This document shows, in pieces, positions 8,596-18,894 of a stretch of DNA of 32,000 nucleotides; position 1 is the first letter of the stretch, and each line of letters starts with the position of its first letter. The stretch spans positions 3,780,001-3,812,000 of the forward strand of contig CP104013.1 in the NCBI GenBank assembly GCA_025839675.1, read 5' to 3'. A model generated the notes under the pieces. The model was given only the letters and a program-made list of their open reading frames with translations, did not search any database and was not told the DNA's origin. The position numbers were made by a program, and so were the translations under genes. This DNA comes from Candidatus Lokiarchaeum ossiferum. GTDB lineage: Archaea; Asgardarchaeota; Lokiarchaeia; Sigyniarchaeales; Promethearchaeaceae.

Positions 8596-9744
8596 TCAAT
8601 TTTGGGTAGCGAACTCTTTTCCTGAAAGAAATTTTTTTAGAGAGAAATTTTGAATATTACGTTGGTCAGCAACAGACTTTCCAAGATTGTTTACCATGTA
8701 TAAAATTCCAAATCCAGCAAATATTAATGAAAGCATCTCGGAAAAATCGTTTAATGTAAATCCATCTTCGGCTCCAAATAGCGCATTATACTGAACAAAC
8801 GCAGTGATTGAATAGCTCCATAATATTGAAGAGTAAAATTTGGAAGTATCAATCTCTTCCCTTAAATCGATTTGATTTCCAATACTTTTCAATAATTCCC
8901 AAAGCGCTAATAATGAAAATACAATTAGATCCAAAATCAACGGTAAAGATGATCCTTCAGGTGTTAAAATGGACAAGATATCTTGAAAAATGATATAAAT
9001 ATTGTAAATTTGTAGTATTGGAATAATAAAAAGAAAGAATCCCTTCATTTGCCGATAAAATGGAGTATCTTTTTTTCGGATAACAAACAGGATTAGGATT
9101 GCAACAATAAGAAATGAAACTGTGGTCCATGCCCAAAATTTGTAGGCATAAGGAGAGATCGTGTTAAGTTCATCTGAAAGTATATAGTTTTTAACATAAA
9201 CAATTCCGAATATTACGATGACACTTTCAATGGTAATAAACCAGAAGGGTTTTACTTGACGATTCTCAAAATGAAAAGGTTTGCTTAATTTTTGGACAAT
9301 GGGGGCACTGTTTCCAATAATAGATAAATTCTGCAAAATATAGGCTCCTATACCGAATAATGGTATAACAATAATACTGTAGGGGATGAAGAAATAAAAT
9401 ATGAAGGCACAAACTGCTGAAATTAAAAGAAACAAGAAGAAAACTAATTTGTTTTCCATTTTTTTTTCTAATAATTGATGTATTATCGTGAAGAAGAGTA
9501 GGGTTAATTGCAATAAGGAAAATATTAGATCTATCAAAACACGAAGGACTTCGTCCAAATGAATCCATTGGGATTCATCAGTATAAATGGGATTCCAAAT
9601 CGGAAAATAAATAAGTAGGACTAGCCAGATTAAAAATAGTAGTTTCTTTGAAAATCCTTCCCACATAAAATTTCGGAACACGAAAGCGATTTTTTTCGGT
9701 TTTTCTTTAATGTCAGATATTTTTTCCCGCAAGCTTTTTCCCAT
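8596..9744 (-). CDS. Polytopic integral membrane protein, unknown function
   Basis: 382-aa ORF dominated by hydrophobic segments (roughly ten). No motif recognised. Lies 41 bp downstream of mvhD on the same strand. Confidence 0.7.
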   Translation of the reverse strand: MGKSLREKISDIKEKPKKIAFVFRNFMWEGFSKKLLFLIWLVLLIYFPIWNPIYTDESQWIHLDEVLRVLIDLIFSLLQLTLLFFTIIHQLLEKKMENKLVFFLFLLISAVCAFIFYFFIPYSIIVIPLFGIGAYILQNLSIIGNSAPIVQKLSKPFHFENRQVKPFWFITIESVIVIFGIVYVKNYILSDELNTISPYAYKFWAWTTVSFLIVAILILFVIRKKDTPFYRQMKGFFLFIIPILQIYNIYIIFQDILSILTPEGSSLPLILDLIVFSLLALWELLKSIGNQIDLREEIDTSKFYSSILWSYSITAFVQYNALFGAEDGFTLNDFSEMLSLIFAGFGILYMVNNLGKSVADQRNIQNFSLKKFLSGKEFATQN

Positions 9745-9785
9745 TTTCTTCTCACTTTTCCATTACCAATGACAAGCAACTGGTG

Positions 9786-10259
9786 TTATTTATTTTTTTT
9801 AAAGGGATTTGGTCCTATTTTTTTAAGAATCTTGACATACTCATGAACAATTTCAGTCAGTTCTGCACCTTCACTTGCAGAAATATGTCTTAACCAAACT
9901 CTGTTTGGATTAATTCCAAATTGTTGGATATACTTAGAAATCATTGGAATCCGACGCACCGTTTTGTGATTTCCATTAACATAATGACAATCACCAATGT
10001 GACACGCTCCAACTAATACTCCATCGACTCCTCTTTTCAGAGCAGCTAGCACCATTGCAGGTTCTACTCGGCCTGAACACATTACTCGCATTACACGTAA
10101 ATTTGCGGGTCGTTGCATTCGAGAGGTTCCCGCTTGATCACAGCCTGTATATGTACACCAATTACAAAAAATCCCCAAAATGAAAGGTTCAAAATCATTA
10201 TTCAATGCTGGATCACTATCTGAAACTGTCTCCAAGTTTTTCCCTATTGTGTCGGTCAT
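9786..10259 (-). CDS. mvhD: MvhD/FlpD-type hydrogenase iron-sulfur subunit (delta subunit of methyl-viologen-reducing hydrogenase family)
   Basis: Signature FCNWCTYTGCDQAG, then MCSGRVEP and GACHIGDCHY. Starts 1 nt after the hdrA stop. Confidence 0.85.
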   Translation of the reverse strand: MTDTIGKNLETVSDSDPALNNDFEPFILGIFCNWCTYTGCDQAGTSRMQRPANLRVMRVMCSGRVEPAMVLAALKRGVDGVLVGACHIGDCHYVNGNHKTVRRIPMISKYIQQFGINPNRVWLRHISASEGAELTEIVHEYVKILKKIGPNPFKKNK

Positions 10260-10260
10260 T

Positions 10261-12264
10261 TTAAGTATCTCCTAGAATAGAGTTAATAATAGCCATTAGT
10301 TGGGGGGTAGAAAAATGATTCTGGGTTATAGCATTGCTTGGACAAGTACTAACACAAGTACCACAACCTTTGCATTTAATGCTATTTATTTCTGCTTTGT
10401 TTATTGATTGATTAAACGATATTGCTCCAAATGGGCATTGTTCGATACAGGAACGGCATCCCGAGCATAATCCCGTTTCTACAAATGAATAATAGGGTTC
10501 CACTTCAATTTCCTGTTGAGCCATCAAGGAAGCTGCACTCGCTGCAGCAGCTTTTGCTTGAGCCACCGCATCTGGAATATCCTTAGGGCCTTGAGCAGCT
10601 CCTGCCATAAAAATACCCTCAGTCAAACTATCAACCGGTCGCAATTTTGGATGAGCTTCCAAAAAAAACCCATCTGCTGAACGTTGAATGGTAAGCTGCG
10701 TACTCAGCTGTTCTGCATCATATCTCGATTCCAGACCAACGGATAGAACCACCATATCTACTTGAATTTCGAGGGGTTTTCCAAATAAAGTATCTTCTCC
10801 TCGGATTATTATTGATTTATTCTCTGGATTTTCTGCTAACTCTGATACTCTTCCACGAATGAATTTTATTCGATAATCTCGGGAAGCACTTTCGTAAAAC
10901 TCTTCATATCCTTTTCCAAAAGCGCGAATATCTATATAAAAGATATAAATCTCCGCTTCTGGATGTTTTTCTTTATATTGACGAGCTTGTTTAATTGCAT
11001 ATAAACAACACACACGGCTGCAATAGGGGTGACAGCCTGCTCGTGTATCTCGGCTTCCCACACATTGAATCCATGCTATAGAGTGAGGTGCTTTATTATC
11101 GGAAGGTCGGGCAGGTTTTCCCAATGTGGGTCCTGTGCTACTAAGAAGACGTTCCATTTGAAGTCCATTAATCACATTTTCATATTTGCCATATCCATAA
11201 TTGTGCAAGTATTGCGGATTAATTACATCGTAACCCGTCGTTACAATGATTGTTCCAACATCGAGGTCTAATATATTATCGTTATCATCAAAGTTAATTG
11301 CTCCAGGCTCGCAAACATCTGGTCGAGAACAAATTCCGCAGTGAATACAATGGTTGAGATCAATCGTATATTTTCCCGGCACCGCTTGAGGAAATGGTAT
11401 ATAAATGGCTTTACGGGCATTCATTCCCAGATCAAATTCATTTCCTATCGAAACGGGGCAGTATTGGACACAAGCTCCACATCCAGTGCATTTTTCCTGA
11501 TTAACATAATGGGCTTTTTGCCGAATAGAAACTCTGAAATTGCCGACATATCCATCGATTTTTTCAACTTCTGAGTATGATAAGATTTTAACTTGTGGAT
11601 TTCGGGAGATTTCAACCATCTTAGGTGTTAAAATACATGCAGAGCAATCCATTGTTGGAAATGTTTTATCAAGTTGTGCCATATGTCCTCCTATCGAGAG
11701 ATCTCGTTCCACGAGGTAGACTTGGTAACCTTGAATTGCCAATTCAAGTGCGGAAAATATTCCCGAAATTCCTGCTCCAATAACAAGGCACGATGGCAAA
11801 ACTTTAACCTTTTGTGGGTATAGCGCTTTTAGTGCAGCTGCTTTTCCAATTTGCATGCGTAAATGGTCTTTTGCAATCCGTGTTGCTCCAGGAACATCAT
11901 ACATATGAACCCAAGTCGCATGTTCTCGAATGTTGGCTTGAACAAAATAGTAAGGATTTAATCCTGCTGAAGCCAACACTTGACGAAAGGTTGGTTCGTG
12001 CATTCGCGGACTACATGCTGCAACTACTACTCGATTGACTAAATCATCTTGTATATCTGATTTAATCATATTTTGTCCCACTTCAGAACAAAAAAATTTG
12101 TATTGGCGAGCGACAGAAACAAAGGGCAGTGTTTTTACAAATTCAACTAAGAGATCAACATTAATAACGCCCCCAATGTTCAAACCGCAATGACAGATAT
12201 ATACTCCAATTTTTATCTCCTTCTGAGTAAAATCTTTCTGAGCAGATTTCTTCTTCGACAACAC
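10261..12264 (-). CDS. hdrA: Heterodisulfide reductase subunit A (Cys-type HdrA, FAD plus multiple [4Fe-4S])
   Basis: N-terminal IGVYICHCGLNIGG and VVVAACSPRMHEP. FAD fold VIGAGISGIFSALELAIQG. TFPTMDCSACILTPKM. Inserted and C-terminal ferredoxin motifs (CTGCGACVQYCP, CSGCRSCIEQCP, CKGCGTCVSTCP). Confidence 0.92.
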   Translation of the reverse strand: MLSKKKSAQKDFTQKEIKIGVYICHCGLNIGGVINVDLLVEFVKTLPFVSVARQYKFFCSEVGQNMIKSDIQDDLVNRVVVAACSPRMHEPTFRQVLASAGLNPYYFVQANIREHATWVHMYDVPGATRIAKDHLRMQIGKAAALKALYPQKVKVLPSCLVIGAGISGIFSALELAIQGYQVYLVERDLSIGGHMAQLDKTFPTMDCSACILTPKMVEISRNPQVKILSYSEVEKIDGYVGNFRVSIRQKAHYVNQEKCTGCGACVQYCPVSIGNEFDLGMNARKAIYIPFPQAVPGKYTIDLNHCIHCGICSRPDVCEPGAINFDDNDNILDLDVGTIIVTTGYDVINPQYLHNYGYGKYENVINGLQMERLLSSTGPTLGKPARPSDNKAPHSIAWIQCVGSRDTRAGCHPYCSRVCCLYAIKQARQYKEKHPEAEIYIFYIDIRAFGKGYEEFYESASRDYRIKFIRGRVSELAENPENKSIIIRGEDTLFGKPLEIQVDMVVLSVGLESRYDAEQLSTQLTIQRSADGFFLEAHPKLRPVDSLTEGIFMAGAAQGPKDIPDAVAQAKAAAASAASLMAQQEIEVEPYYSFVETGLCSGCRSCIEQCPFGAISFNQSINKAEINSIKCKGCGTCVSTCPSNAITQNHFSTPQLMAIINSILGDT

Positions 12265-12364
12265 ATATAAATGTTGAAGTAGACGTTAATAAATGTTCAA
12301 TTACCTTACTGTTAAATAAATAAAGTTCGATCAATAATTTTCCCATTTTGGAGGACACACAAAT
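12265..12364. promoter_or_regulatory. Divergent promoter region between hdrA (Cys-type) and the HdrD-like/NuoEFG-like operon
   Basis: 100-bp AT-rich spacer with TATA-like boxes (CATATAAAT 12264-12272; TTAAATAAATAA 12312-12323). A GGAGG SD-like box at 12350-12354 sits 10 nt before TTG 12365. Confidence 0.4.
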
Positions 12365-13600
12365 TTGATTCATAACATTTCTTCGCTTGATTTAAAAAAA
12401 CTGCTTGATATATCGATCTATTGTTATACGTGCAATGCGTGTAGTATGGTATGTCCTCTAAATCTGGTAAAAGATTTTTCTCCTCGCTATTTCTTATCCC
12501 AATTGAGGTTAAACGGGTTAAAAGATATGGATTCTTTTTTAGCTGATAATGAAGATATCTATAAGTGCATCACTTGCCAACAGTGTATGACAGAATGTCC
12601 AATGTCTAAACCAGGTGAAGGGATGAATATCGTAGAGATTATCCGTATTTTACGGGAATACTCATTCGAAAATAAGCTCAATGCGAAAGAACTTCAACAA
12701 CATTGTACCCATCAGTCAATGATGCAACTAAATTCCACTCTCCATAGTCAATCCGCATCAGTTATTAATCGCATTGATTATATTAGGTCCGATCCTTCAC
12801 TAAAATTTACTGATACAGGTGAAATTGGTTTGTTCTTAGGATGTTTTCAATTTATGGAAGATCTGTTTGAAATACCTAATCGTGAATTTACTGATATCGC
12901 CCGAGGTGCTATAAAGCTTTTAAATCAAAATGATATTGTCCCTGTTATATTAGAAACAAAGTGTTGCGGCCATGATCTATATTGGATGGGAGATACAAAC
13001 AATACAAAAAGATTAGCCGAATTCAATGTGCAAAAATTTAAAGACGCGGGAGTCAAAACCATCATTACAGAATGTGCTGAAGGATACTACATGTGGAAAT
13101 ATGTGTACCCCAAATTGGTGATTGAATGTGATTTTAAAGTCATCCATTTCAGTGAATATATTATCCAGAGCGAGTTACTCAAAAAAATGTTTATGCATCC
13201 ATTAAAAATGAAGGTTACCTATCATGATCCATGCCGTCTTGGACGCTTAAGTAATATATTTGAACCTCCACGACAAATTTTATCCATTCTACCCGGAATT
13301 ACCTATTTAGAAATGAAACACAATCGCACTACCTCATTATGTTGTGGTGTATCAGCCTTTCTTGATTGTAATGCAGAAAAGAAAGTGTTCAGAGAGCTTC
13401 GAATACAAGAAGCAATGGATATAGGTGCAGATTATATCGTCACTACTTGCCCAAAATGTATTGTTCATTATAATTGTTATCTGAAAGAAGTATCCACAAA
13501 TATTCAAAATAGCCAGAATCCCAATGACCAAGATTCAAGACCATTGCCCAAATTGATCGACTTATCTACTTTCCTCGCCAAATATTTTATGTTAATATGA
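12365..13600 (+). CDS. HdrD-like (fused HdrC/HdrB-type) Fe-S protein: 2x[4Fe-4S] ferredoxin domain plus two CCG cysteine-rich domains
   Basis: CYTCNACSMVCP and CITCQQCMTECP at the N-terminus. CCG domains: LGC...KCCGHD and HDPCRLGR...SLCCGVSA...TTCPKC. The TTG start is supported by the upstream GGAGG. Confidence 0.8.
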   Translation: MIHNISSLDLKKLLDISIYCYTCNACSMVCPLNLVKDFSPRYFLSQLRLNGLKDMDSFLADNEDIYKCITCQQCMTECPMSKPGEGMNIVEIIRILREYSFENKLNAKELQQHCTHQSMMQLNSTLHSQSASVINRIDYIRSDPSLKFTDTGEIGLFLGCFQFMEDLFEIPNREFTDIARGAIKLLNQNDIVPVILETKCCGHDLYWMGDTNNTKRLAEFNVQKFKDAGVKTIITECAEGYYMWKYVYPKLVIECDFKVIHFSEYIIQSELLKKMFMHPLKMKVTYHDPCRLGRLSNIFEPPRQILSILPGITYLEMKHNRTTSLCCGVSAFLDCNAEKKVFRELRIQEAMDIGADYIVTTCPKCIVHYNCYLKEVSTNIQNSQNPNDQDSRPLPKLIDLSTFLAKYFMLI

Positions 13601-13643
13601 TCAAATCACCAAGAAATCCCTAAAAAACCACGGAGCTAAACAA

Positions 13644-14156
13644 ATGAGTCCCCAAGAAAAACCAAAGACAATAACTAAGCCAGGTATTGATACATCAAAA
13701 GTTGAAAAAATCATTCAAAATTATATAGAGAACAATGGAAATGCGCTGACAATTTTGCAATCCGTCCAAGAATCTTTTGGTTATTTACCCTTCGAAGTTA
13801 TTGAACATATTTCCGAAAGAATTGGCATTCCCCTTGGAAAAATGTATGGTATTGCCACATTTTATGCCCAATTCAAATTTCATCGAAGAGGCAAATATAT
13901 TATTCAAATTTGTGATGGAACGGCTTGTCATGTTAAGGGATCAATGTTATTGGAAGAATTCATTACTAAAGAATTAGGGATTAAACCCACAGAAACTACC
14001 TCGGATAATTTGTTTTCTTTGGAAAAAGTGGCCTGTTTTGGATGTTGTGCAATTGCTCCAGTTGTTTTCATTAATAAAGATGTCTATGGCAATCTAACAC
14101 CAGCAAAATTAAAGAAAATTTTTAAAAAATATCGTAGAATGGAGGCCACTCCTTGA
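13644..14156 (+). CDS. nuoE: NuoE/HydC-like thioredoxin-fold [2Fe-2S] subunit
   Basis: CDGTACHVKG ... CFGCCAIAP. GGAG box 8 nt upstream of the ATG. Stop TGA at 14154-14156 overlaps the next gene's TTG start. Confidence 0.85.
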   Translation: MSPQEKPKTITKPGIDTSKVEKIIQNYIENNGNALTILQSVQESFGYLPFEVIEHISERIGIPLGKMYGIATFYAQFKFHRRGKYIIQICDGTACHVKGSMLLEEFITKELGIKPTETTSDNLFSLEKVACFGCCAIAPVVFINKDVYGNLTPAKLKKIFKKYRRMEATP

Positions 14157-15967
14157 AAAAGCAGAAGATTGAAATTATAGTGTGTTGCAGCACAGGTTGT
14201 AATTCCCTTGGGGGGCAAGAAATATATGAAGAATTAGAAAAATGTATTAAAGACTACAAACTCGACAAACATGTGAAAGTTAAACCCACTGGTTGCCATG
14301 GATTCTGCCAAACAGGTCCTAGGATGTTGATCAATCCAGAAGGTGTGCTGTATGTATATCTAAAAAAAACTGATGTTAAAAAAATCATTGAACAACATCT
14401 CATTGGGGGTAAAATCGTTGAAGAACTCACGTACAAAGATCCTGTGACAAAAAAAACCGTCCAAAAACGAGATGATATCAATTTTTACAAGTATCAAGTA
14501 TCAATAACAACAAAAAATTGTGGTAAAATTAATCCTGAAGACATCAACGATTATTTAGCTGTTGGAGGGTACGAATCCCTAAAAAAGATACTTCAAATGA
14601 AACCAGATCAAGTTATTAAAGAAGTCTCAACCTCACGACTTAGGGGAAAGGGAGGGGCTGGATTTCCAACAGGAACAAAGTGGTCCTTTCTTGCTCAAGA
14701 AGCAAATACTCCAAAGTACTTGATATGTAACGGTGATGAAGGAGATCCTGGTGCATTTATGGATCGCACAATTATGGAAAGTGATCCTCAATCGGTGATT
14801 GAGGGAATGCTTATAGGTGCGTATGCAACCGGAGCTTCTTCTGGATTTGTGTATGTTCGAGCAGAAAAACCCCTTGCCGCCTCTCGGATGGCGAAAGCTA
14901 TTGAACAAGCTCAAGAACACGGTTTTTTAGGCTCTAATATACTAAATTCTGGGCTGGATTTTGATCTTCAGATTAGAAAAGGGGCTGGTGCATTCGTATG
15001 TGGAGAAGAAACCGCTCTTATGAGTTCCATTTTAGGAAATAGAGGTAGTCCGCGCCCACGCCCACCATATCCCGCTAATTCTGGATTATGGGGTAAACCT
15101 ACAAATATTAACAATGTGAAAACTTGGGCGACTATTCCGAAAATTTTTGCCATGGGGGCAGAGAATTATGCAAAAATTGGAACTGCAGATTCATCGGGAA
15201 CTGCTATTTTGTGTCTCTCGGGGAATATCAACAACGCGGGATTAATAGAAATTCCAATGGGTACCACTATCCGCAGAGTTGTTTATGATATTGGTGGGGG
15301 GTGTCCCAATGGAAAAAAATTTAAGGCGATACAAATTGGAGGACCATCCGGGGGATGCATTCCAGAACAATATCTCGATGTGGAAATGATCGATACACAA
15401 ATTGATTTCAAATCGATCACTTCTTTAGGTGCAATCATGGGTAGTGGTGGGTTAATTGTCCTTGATGAGTCTACTTGCTTAGTTGATATGGCCCGCTATT
15501 TTATCCAGTTCACTCAAAATGAATCCTGTGGAAAATGTGTCCCGTGTCGTATAGGTACACGCAAGATGCTTCGTATTCTCGATAGAATCGTCACGGGGCA
15601 AGGCTCTTATGAAGATTTAGATGAATTAGAATCTTTGGCATATACTATTAAAAATGCCAGTTTATGCGGCTTGGGGCAAACGGCTCCAAATCCCATTATT
15701 AGTACTCTTAAATATTTCCGTGATGAATACGAAGCCCATATTAAAGGAATATGTCCTGCTTTAGTGTGTAAAAATTTGATTACTTATCACATTTCTGATG
15801 AAAATTGTATCGGATGCGGATTATGTGCCAAAAATTGTCCAGTAAATGCAATTCAAGGGGAATTGAAGAAGAAATTCCACATTGATACTAATCTCTGCAT
15901 TAAATGCGGATTGTGTTTTAGTTCCTGTCATAATAATGCAATCTATAAAAAAACAGGGGGAAAGTAG
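14153..15967 (+). CDS. nuoF: NuoF/HydB-like NAD(H)- and FMN-binding flavoprotein with an extra N-terminal [2Fe-2S] domain and a C-terminal 2x[4Fe-4S] domain
   Basis: LRGKGGAGFPTGTKW (FMN/NADH site), CGKCVPCRIG (N3 cluster), N-terminal CCSTGC...CHGFC, C-terminal CIGCGLCAKNCP and CIKCGLCFSSC. GGAGG lies 7 nt upstream of TTG 14153. Confidence 0.9.
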   Translation: MKKQKIEIIVCCSTGCNSLGGQEIYEELEKCIKDYKLDKHVKVKPTGCHGFCQTGPRMLINPEGVLYVYLKKTDVKKIIEQHLIGGKIVEELTYKDPVTKKTVQKRDDINFYKYQVSITTKNCGKINPEDINDYLAVGGYESLKKILQMKPDQVIKEVSTSRLRGKGGAGFPTGTKWSFLAQEANTPKYLICNGDEGDPGAFMDRTIMESDPQSVIEGMLIGAYATGASSGFVYVRAEKPLAASRMAKAIEQAQEHGFLGSNILNSGLDFDLQIRKGAGAFVCGEETALMSSILGNRGSPRPRPPYPANSGLWGKPTNINNVKTWATIPKIFAMGAENYAKIGTADSSGTAILCLSGNINNAGLIEIPMGTTIRRVVYDIGGGCPNGKKFKAIQIGGPSGGCIPEQYLDVEMIDTQIDFKSITSLGAIMGSGGLIVLDESTCLVDMARYFIQFTQNESCGKCVPCRIGTRKMLRILDRIVTGQGSYEDLDELESLAYTIKNASLCGLGQTAPNPIISTLKYFRDEYEAHIKGICPALVCKNLITYHISDENCIGCGLCAKNCPVNAIQGELKKKFHIDTNLCIKCGLCFSSCHNNAIYKKTGGK

Positions 15968-18886
15968 ATGGAAAATCAATCACTTATCATAGATGGGAAA
16001 GAAATCGAGTTTTTTAAAGGGGAAACTATCTTGATGGCTGCCGAGCGTGCAGGAATTTATATTCCTCGATTATGCTATATCGATGGAATGACCCCTTATG
16101 GTGGATGTCGCTTATGTATTGTTAAATTGGTCGGGGATCTTCGTCCAATTCAGCCTTCTTGTTCAACTCCTGCAAAAGCAGGAATGAATATTATTACAAT
16201 TGATGAAGAACTTCAACGTATGAGAAAAGATATTATACAATTGATGATCAGCGAACACCCGAATACTTGTCTGGTTTGTGGTCATAAAACGGTTTGCGAA
16301 GATTACCAAACTCAATTCAAAAAAAACCCCGAGAAACGGGTATTTGGCTGTTATAACTGCTCTCAAAAAAATAAGTGCGAGCTCCGAGAAATTATCGACT
16401 ACATCGGAGCGAGTGATTTGACTCAAGAATTTGAATATAAAAATTATGAAATTGAAAATTTGGACCCTTTTTTTGAAAGACATTATAATTTGTGTATCGT
16501 TTGTGGGAAATGCGTGCGAGTTTGTGGAGAACTGCGGGGAATCAATGCGATAGATTTTTTTGGTCGGGGACATGATCTCAGGATATCCACTCCAATGAAT
16601 ATGCTTCATATTGAAACTAACTGCCAATTTTGTGGGGCATGTGTAGATATCTGTCCTACCGGAGTCCTCGTCCCTTTAATGCAGACTTGGACACGAACAC
16701 GTGAGATTTTCACCAAATCGATTTGTGGACATTGCTCGATTGGCTGTGGTTTAAACTACTACATGGAAAATGAAGAACTTGTGGAAACTATTCCGAACAA
16801 AAGCGCAAAGATCAATAAGGGTCAAGCGTGTGTTTTTGGACGGTTTTGCATTCCTGTTTTTAATAGGCGAAATGAAACTCAGTTTCACACTCCTTTGATT
16901 CGTTCTGACAATATTCTAAAACCAGTCATGTACAATGAAGCATATTCCACTTGTATCACGATGCTTCGGAAATATTCTCCCGATGAAATTGCAGTGCTAG
17001 CATCTCCAGACCTATCAAATGAGAGTGCTTTTATTTTAAATCAATTTGCATCAAAAGTATTAAAAACATCCAATATAGCAACCATTTGTGATAACAATTG
17101 CTTAGAAAATTTTCAATTATTAACAGCGATTCCTCGATCACTTGATCATATTCCAAAATCTGATTGGATTTTATTGGTTGATGCAAATCCTCAAGTATCC
17201 CACCCTCTCATTTTAATTGATATAAAGAAGGCTAAGGATCTCAATAAGACGATAGTAAGCTTAAAACATTCGCCATTGAAAATTGCGCCAGAAACAAAAT
17301 GGTTGCTGGATGAAGAGTTGCTATTATCAGAAGATAGTCTAATTTCTAAGCTTAGTGAATTTCAAGAAGGAATTGGGAGTATTCTGGTCGGACCTCAAAC
17401 AACATCAAATATTTTCATTAGTCTAATCAATCTTTGCCTTAAAAACCCGAATATTAATTTGATTCCATTACGATCTCGAGCCAATTTGGATGGCGTTTTC
17501 CAATTTATCCCTCAAACAGAAGATCTTGTATACAATGCCATAAAGGAAAAAAAAATTAAAGTATTGCTAACCACTGAAAGAATCTCCCCCACATTGGCCA
17601 AATATGTGGAGAACATCATTTTATTAGATATTTTTCCCTCGGATTTTTCCAATAAAGCGAATATTATTTTTCCAGTTACGACATTTCCCGAATCATCAGG
17701 AACTCTTACGAATATTGAATTTGACAACCAACGATTTTATGCAAGCGTTACACCCTTTCGCGATGCAAAACCCGATTGGCAAATCATTTGTGAACTTGCT
17801 CAACAAATGAAGACAGAAGGGTTTAATTATACCAATGTGCAGGATATTATGGAAAATTTACCCATGATCCCAAGTGTTCAAATTACTGATCTAAATCTTC
17901 TCCTCCTAAAAAAAATGTCCCTCCAATATGGAAAACCAATCAGTTGGGATGATTTTGTCTATAGAGGAGAGAAAATTTCAAATCGTGTTCCAGATTTGAA
18001 GAAAATCATTGAATATCGAAAAACAAAGAATCCGGAGTTAATTGCTGGAGTCCTAACTGCAAGTCAGGATGAAACAACTGGTTTAATTGAGATAGAAATT
18101 GATGGGAAAGGTATGGTGAAGGTTGGGACGCAATTCTTCGGGTTGGATTCTATTAAATCAATCATAAAAATTGCGCATCTTTCAAATTATCGTTTGAAAA
18201 TTATCGTTGATGCATCTAATCCTAATTTCAGATATGTAGATCGCCATAAATTTTGTATGTGCAACAATTACAAAGCAAATTTGAACGAATCTCATATTTT
18301 AATTGATTTTGCTCCATCGTTGTGTGATATGTATCTTCGAATTCCCCAAGAAGGGGATGAAATCCTAAAGAGTGTGGATGGACTTATTATGGTTGATAGT
18401 AGATACACAAACATTACTGAAGAAGAATATCACGAATTTGTTCAAATTGGCGATAGTAAAACCAAAATGCAAGAGCGAGCACTGCATCGAGCCCATCAAC
18501 TTCTCAAAGATGAATCTATCTATTATTCATTGAATCATATTCAGACCCAAGAAAAATCGATGCTTCGACCAACATGGGGCGTTTGGAATAAAAAAGTGCC
18601 GGAATATAAAGAAACAACTTCTTCTATAATACAACAAACTCAAAAAGTAGTCCTTGTTGATCAAGATTTATGCATGGGATGCAGAACTTGCGAGAAATAT
18701 TGTAAACACGAAGCAATTTCGTATGTGTTGATCAACCAAGATGTTGGAATATTTAAGGGAAAAGAAATGCAAAAAGCAACCATCGATGGCACAAAATGTT
18801 ATAACTGTTCGAAATGTATTTCCCACTGTCCAGTAAATGCCATATATATTCGTGAATGGCCGGTAGAAGAAACATCCTTGAAATAA
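15968..18886 (+). CDS. NuoG/HydA-N-terminal-like multi-Fe-S subunit with a degenerate molybdopterin-oxidoreductase-like domain, an unassigned ~200-aa region and a terminal 2x[4Fe-4S] ferredoxin domain
   Basis: [2Fe-2S] N-terminus (IIDGKEIEFFKGETILMAAERAGIYIPRLCY...GGCRLCIV). EHPNTCLVCGHKTVCE, then a second CYNCSQKNKCEL. CIVCGKCVRVC and CQFCGACVDICP. MopB-type CGHCSIGCG...KGQACVFGRF. No Cys/Sec-His active-site motif (ICDNNCLENF at the corresponding place) and no H-cluster motifs. C-terminus CMGCRTCEKYC and CYNCSKCISHCP. Confidence 0.8.
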   Translation: MENQSLIIDGKEIEFFKGETILMAAERAGIYIPRLCYIDGMTPYGGCRLCIVKLVGDLRPIQPSCSTPAKAGMNIITIDEELQRMRKDIIQLMISEHPNTCLVCGHKTVCEDYQTQFKKNPEKRVFGCYNCSQKNKCELREIIDYIGASDLTQEFEYKNYEIENLDPFFERHYNLCIVCGKCVRVCGELRGINAIDFFGRGHDLRISTPMNMLHIETNCQFCGACVDICPTGVLVPLMQTWTRTREIFTKSICGHCSIGCGLNYYMENEELVETIPNKSAKINKGQACVFGRFCIPVFNRRNETQFHTPLIRSDNILKPVMYNEAYSTCITMLRKYSPDEIAVLASPDLSNESAFILNQFASKVLKTSNIATICDNNCLENFQLLTAIPRSLDHIPKSDWILLVDANPQVSHPLILIDIKKAKDLNKTIVSLKHSPLKIAPETKWLLDEELLLSEDSLISKLSEFQEGIGSILVGPQTTSNIFISLINLCLKNPNINLIPLRSRANLDGVFQFIPQTEDLVYNAIKEKKIKVLLTTERISPTLAKYVENIILLDIFPSDFSNKANIIFPVTTFPESSGTLTNIEFDNQRFYASVTPFRDAKPDWQIICELAQQMKTEGFNYTNVQDIMENLPMIPSVQITDLNLLLLKKMSLQYGKPISWDDFVYRGEKISNRVPDLKKIIEYRKTKNPELIAGVLTASQDETTGLIEIEIDGKGMVKVGTQFFGLDSIKSIIKIAHLSNYRLKIIVDASNPNFRYVDRHKFCMCNNYKANLNESHILIDFAPSLCDMYLRIPQEGDEILKSVDGLIMVDSRYTNITEEEYHEFVQIGDSKTKMQERALHRAHQLLKDESIYYSLNHIQTQEKSMLRPTWGVWNKKVPEYKETTSSIIQQTQKVVLVDQDLCMGCRTCEKYCKHEAISYVLINQDVGIFKGKEMQKATIDGTKCYNCSKCISHCPVNAIYIREWPVEETSLK

Positions 18887-18894
18887 TGTAGTAG

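Noticed and set aside
16163-16627. 154-aa minus-strand ORF, and similar antisense ORFs (e.g. 6379-6693, 6578-6967, 14633-14920, 24730-25212, 26741-26995, 28030-28275, 29360-29599)
   Set aside because: All lie fully inside strongly supported genes on the opposite strand and have no motifs, so they are typical shadow ORFs.
15968-18886. Calling the 972-aa protein a formate dehydrogenase alpha subunit or an [FeFe]-hydrogenase
   Set aside because: There is no Sec/Cys-His active-site motif at the expected place (ICDNNC instead) and no H-cluster motifs (TSCCP, MPCxxK). Only the Fe-S N-terminal module and a degenerate MopB-like region are present.
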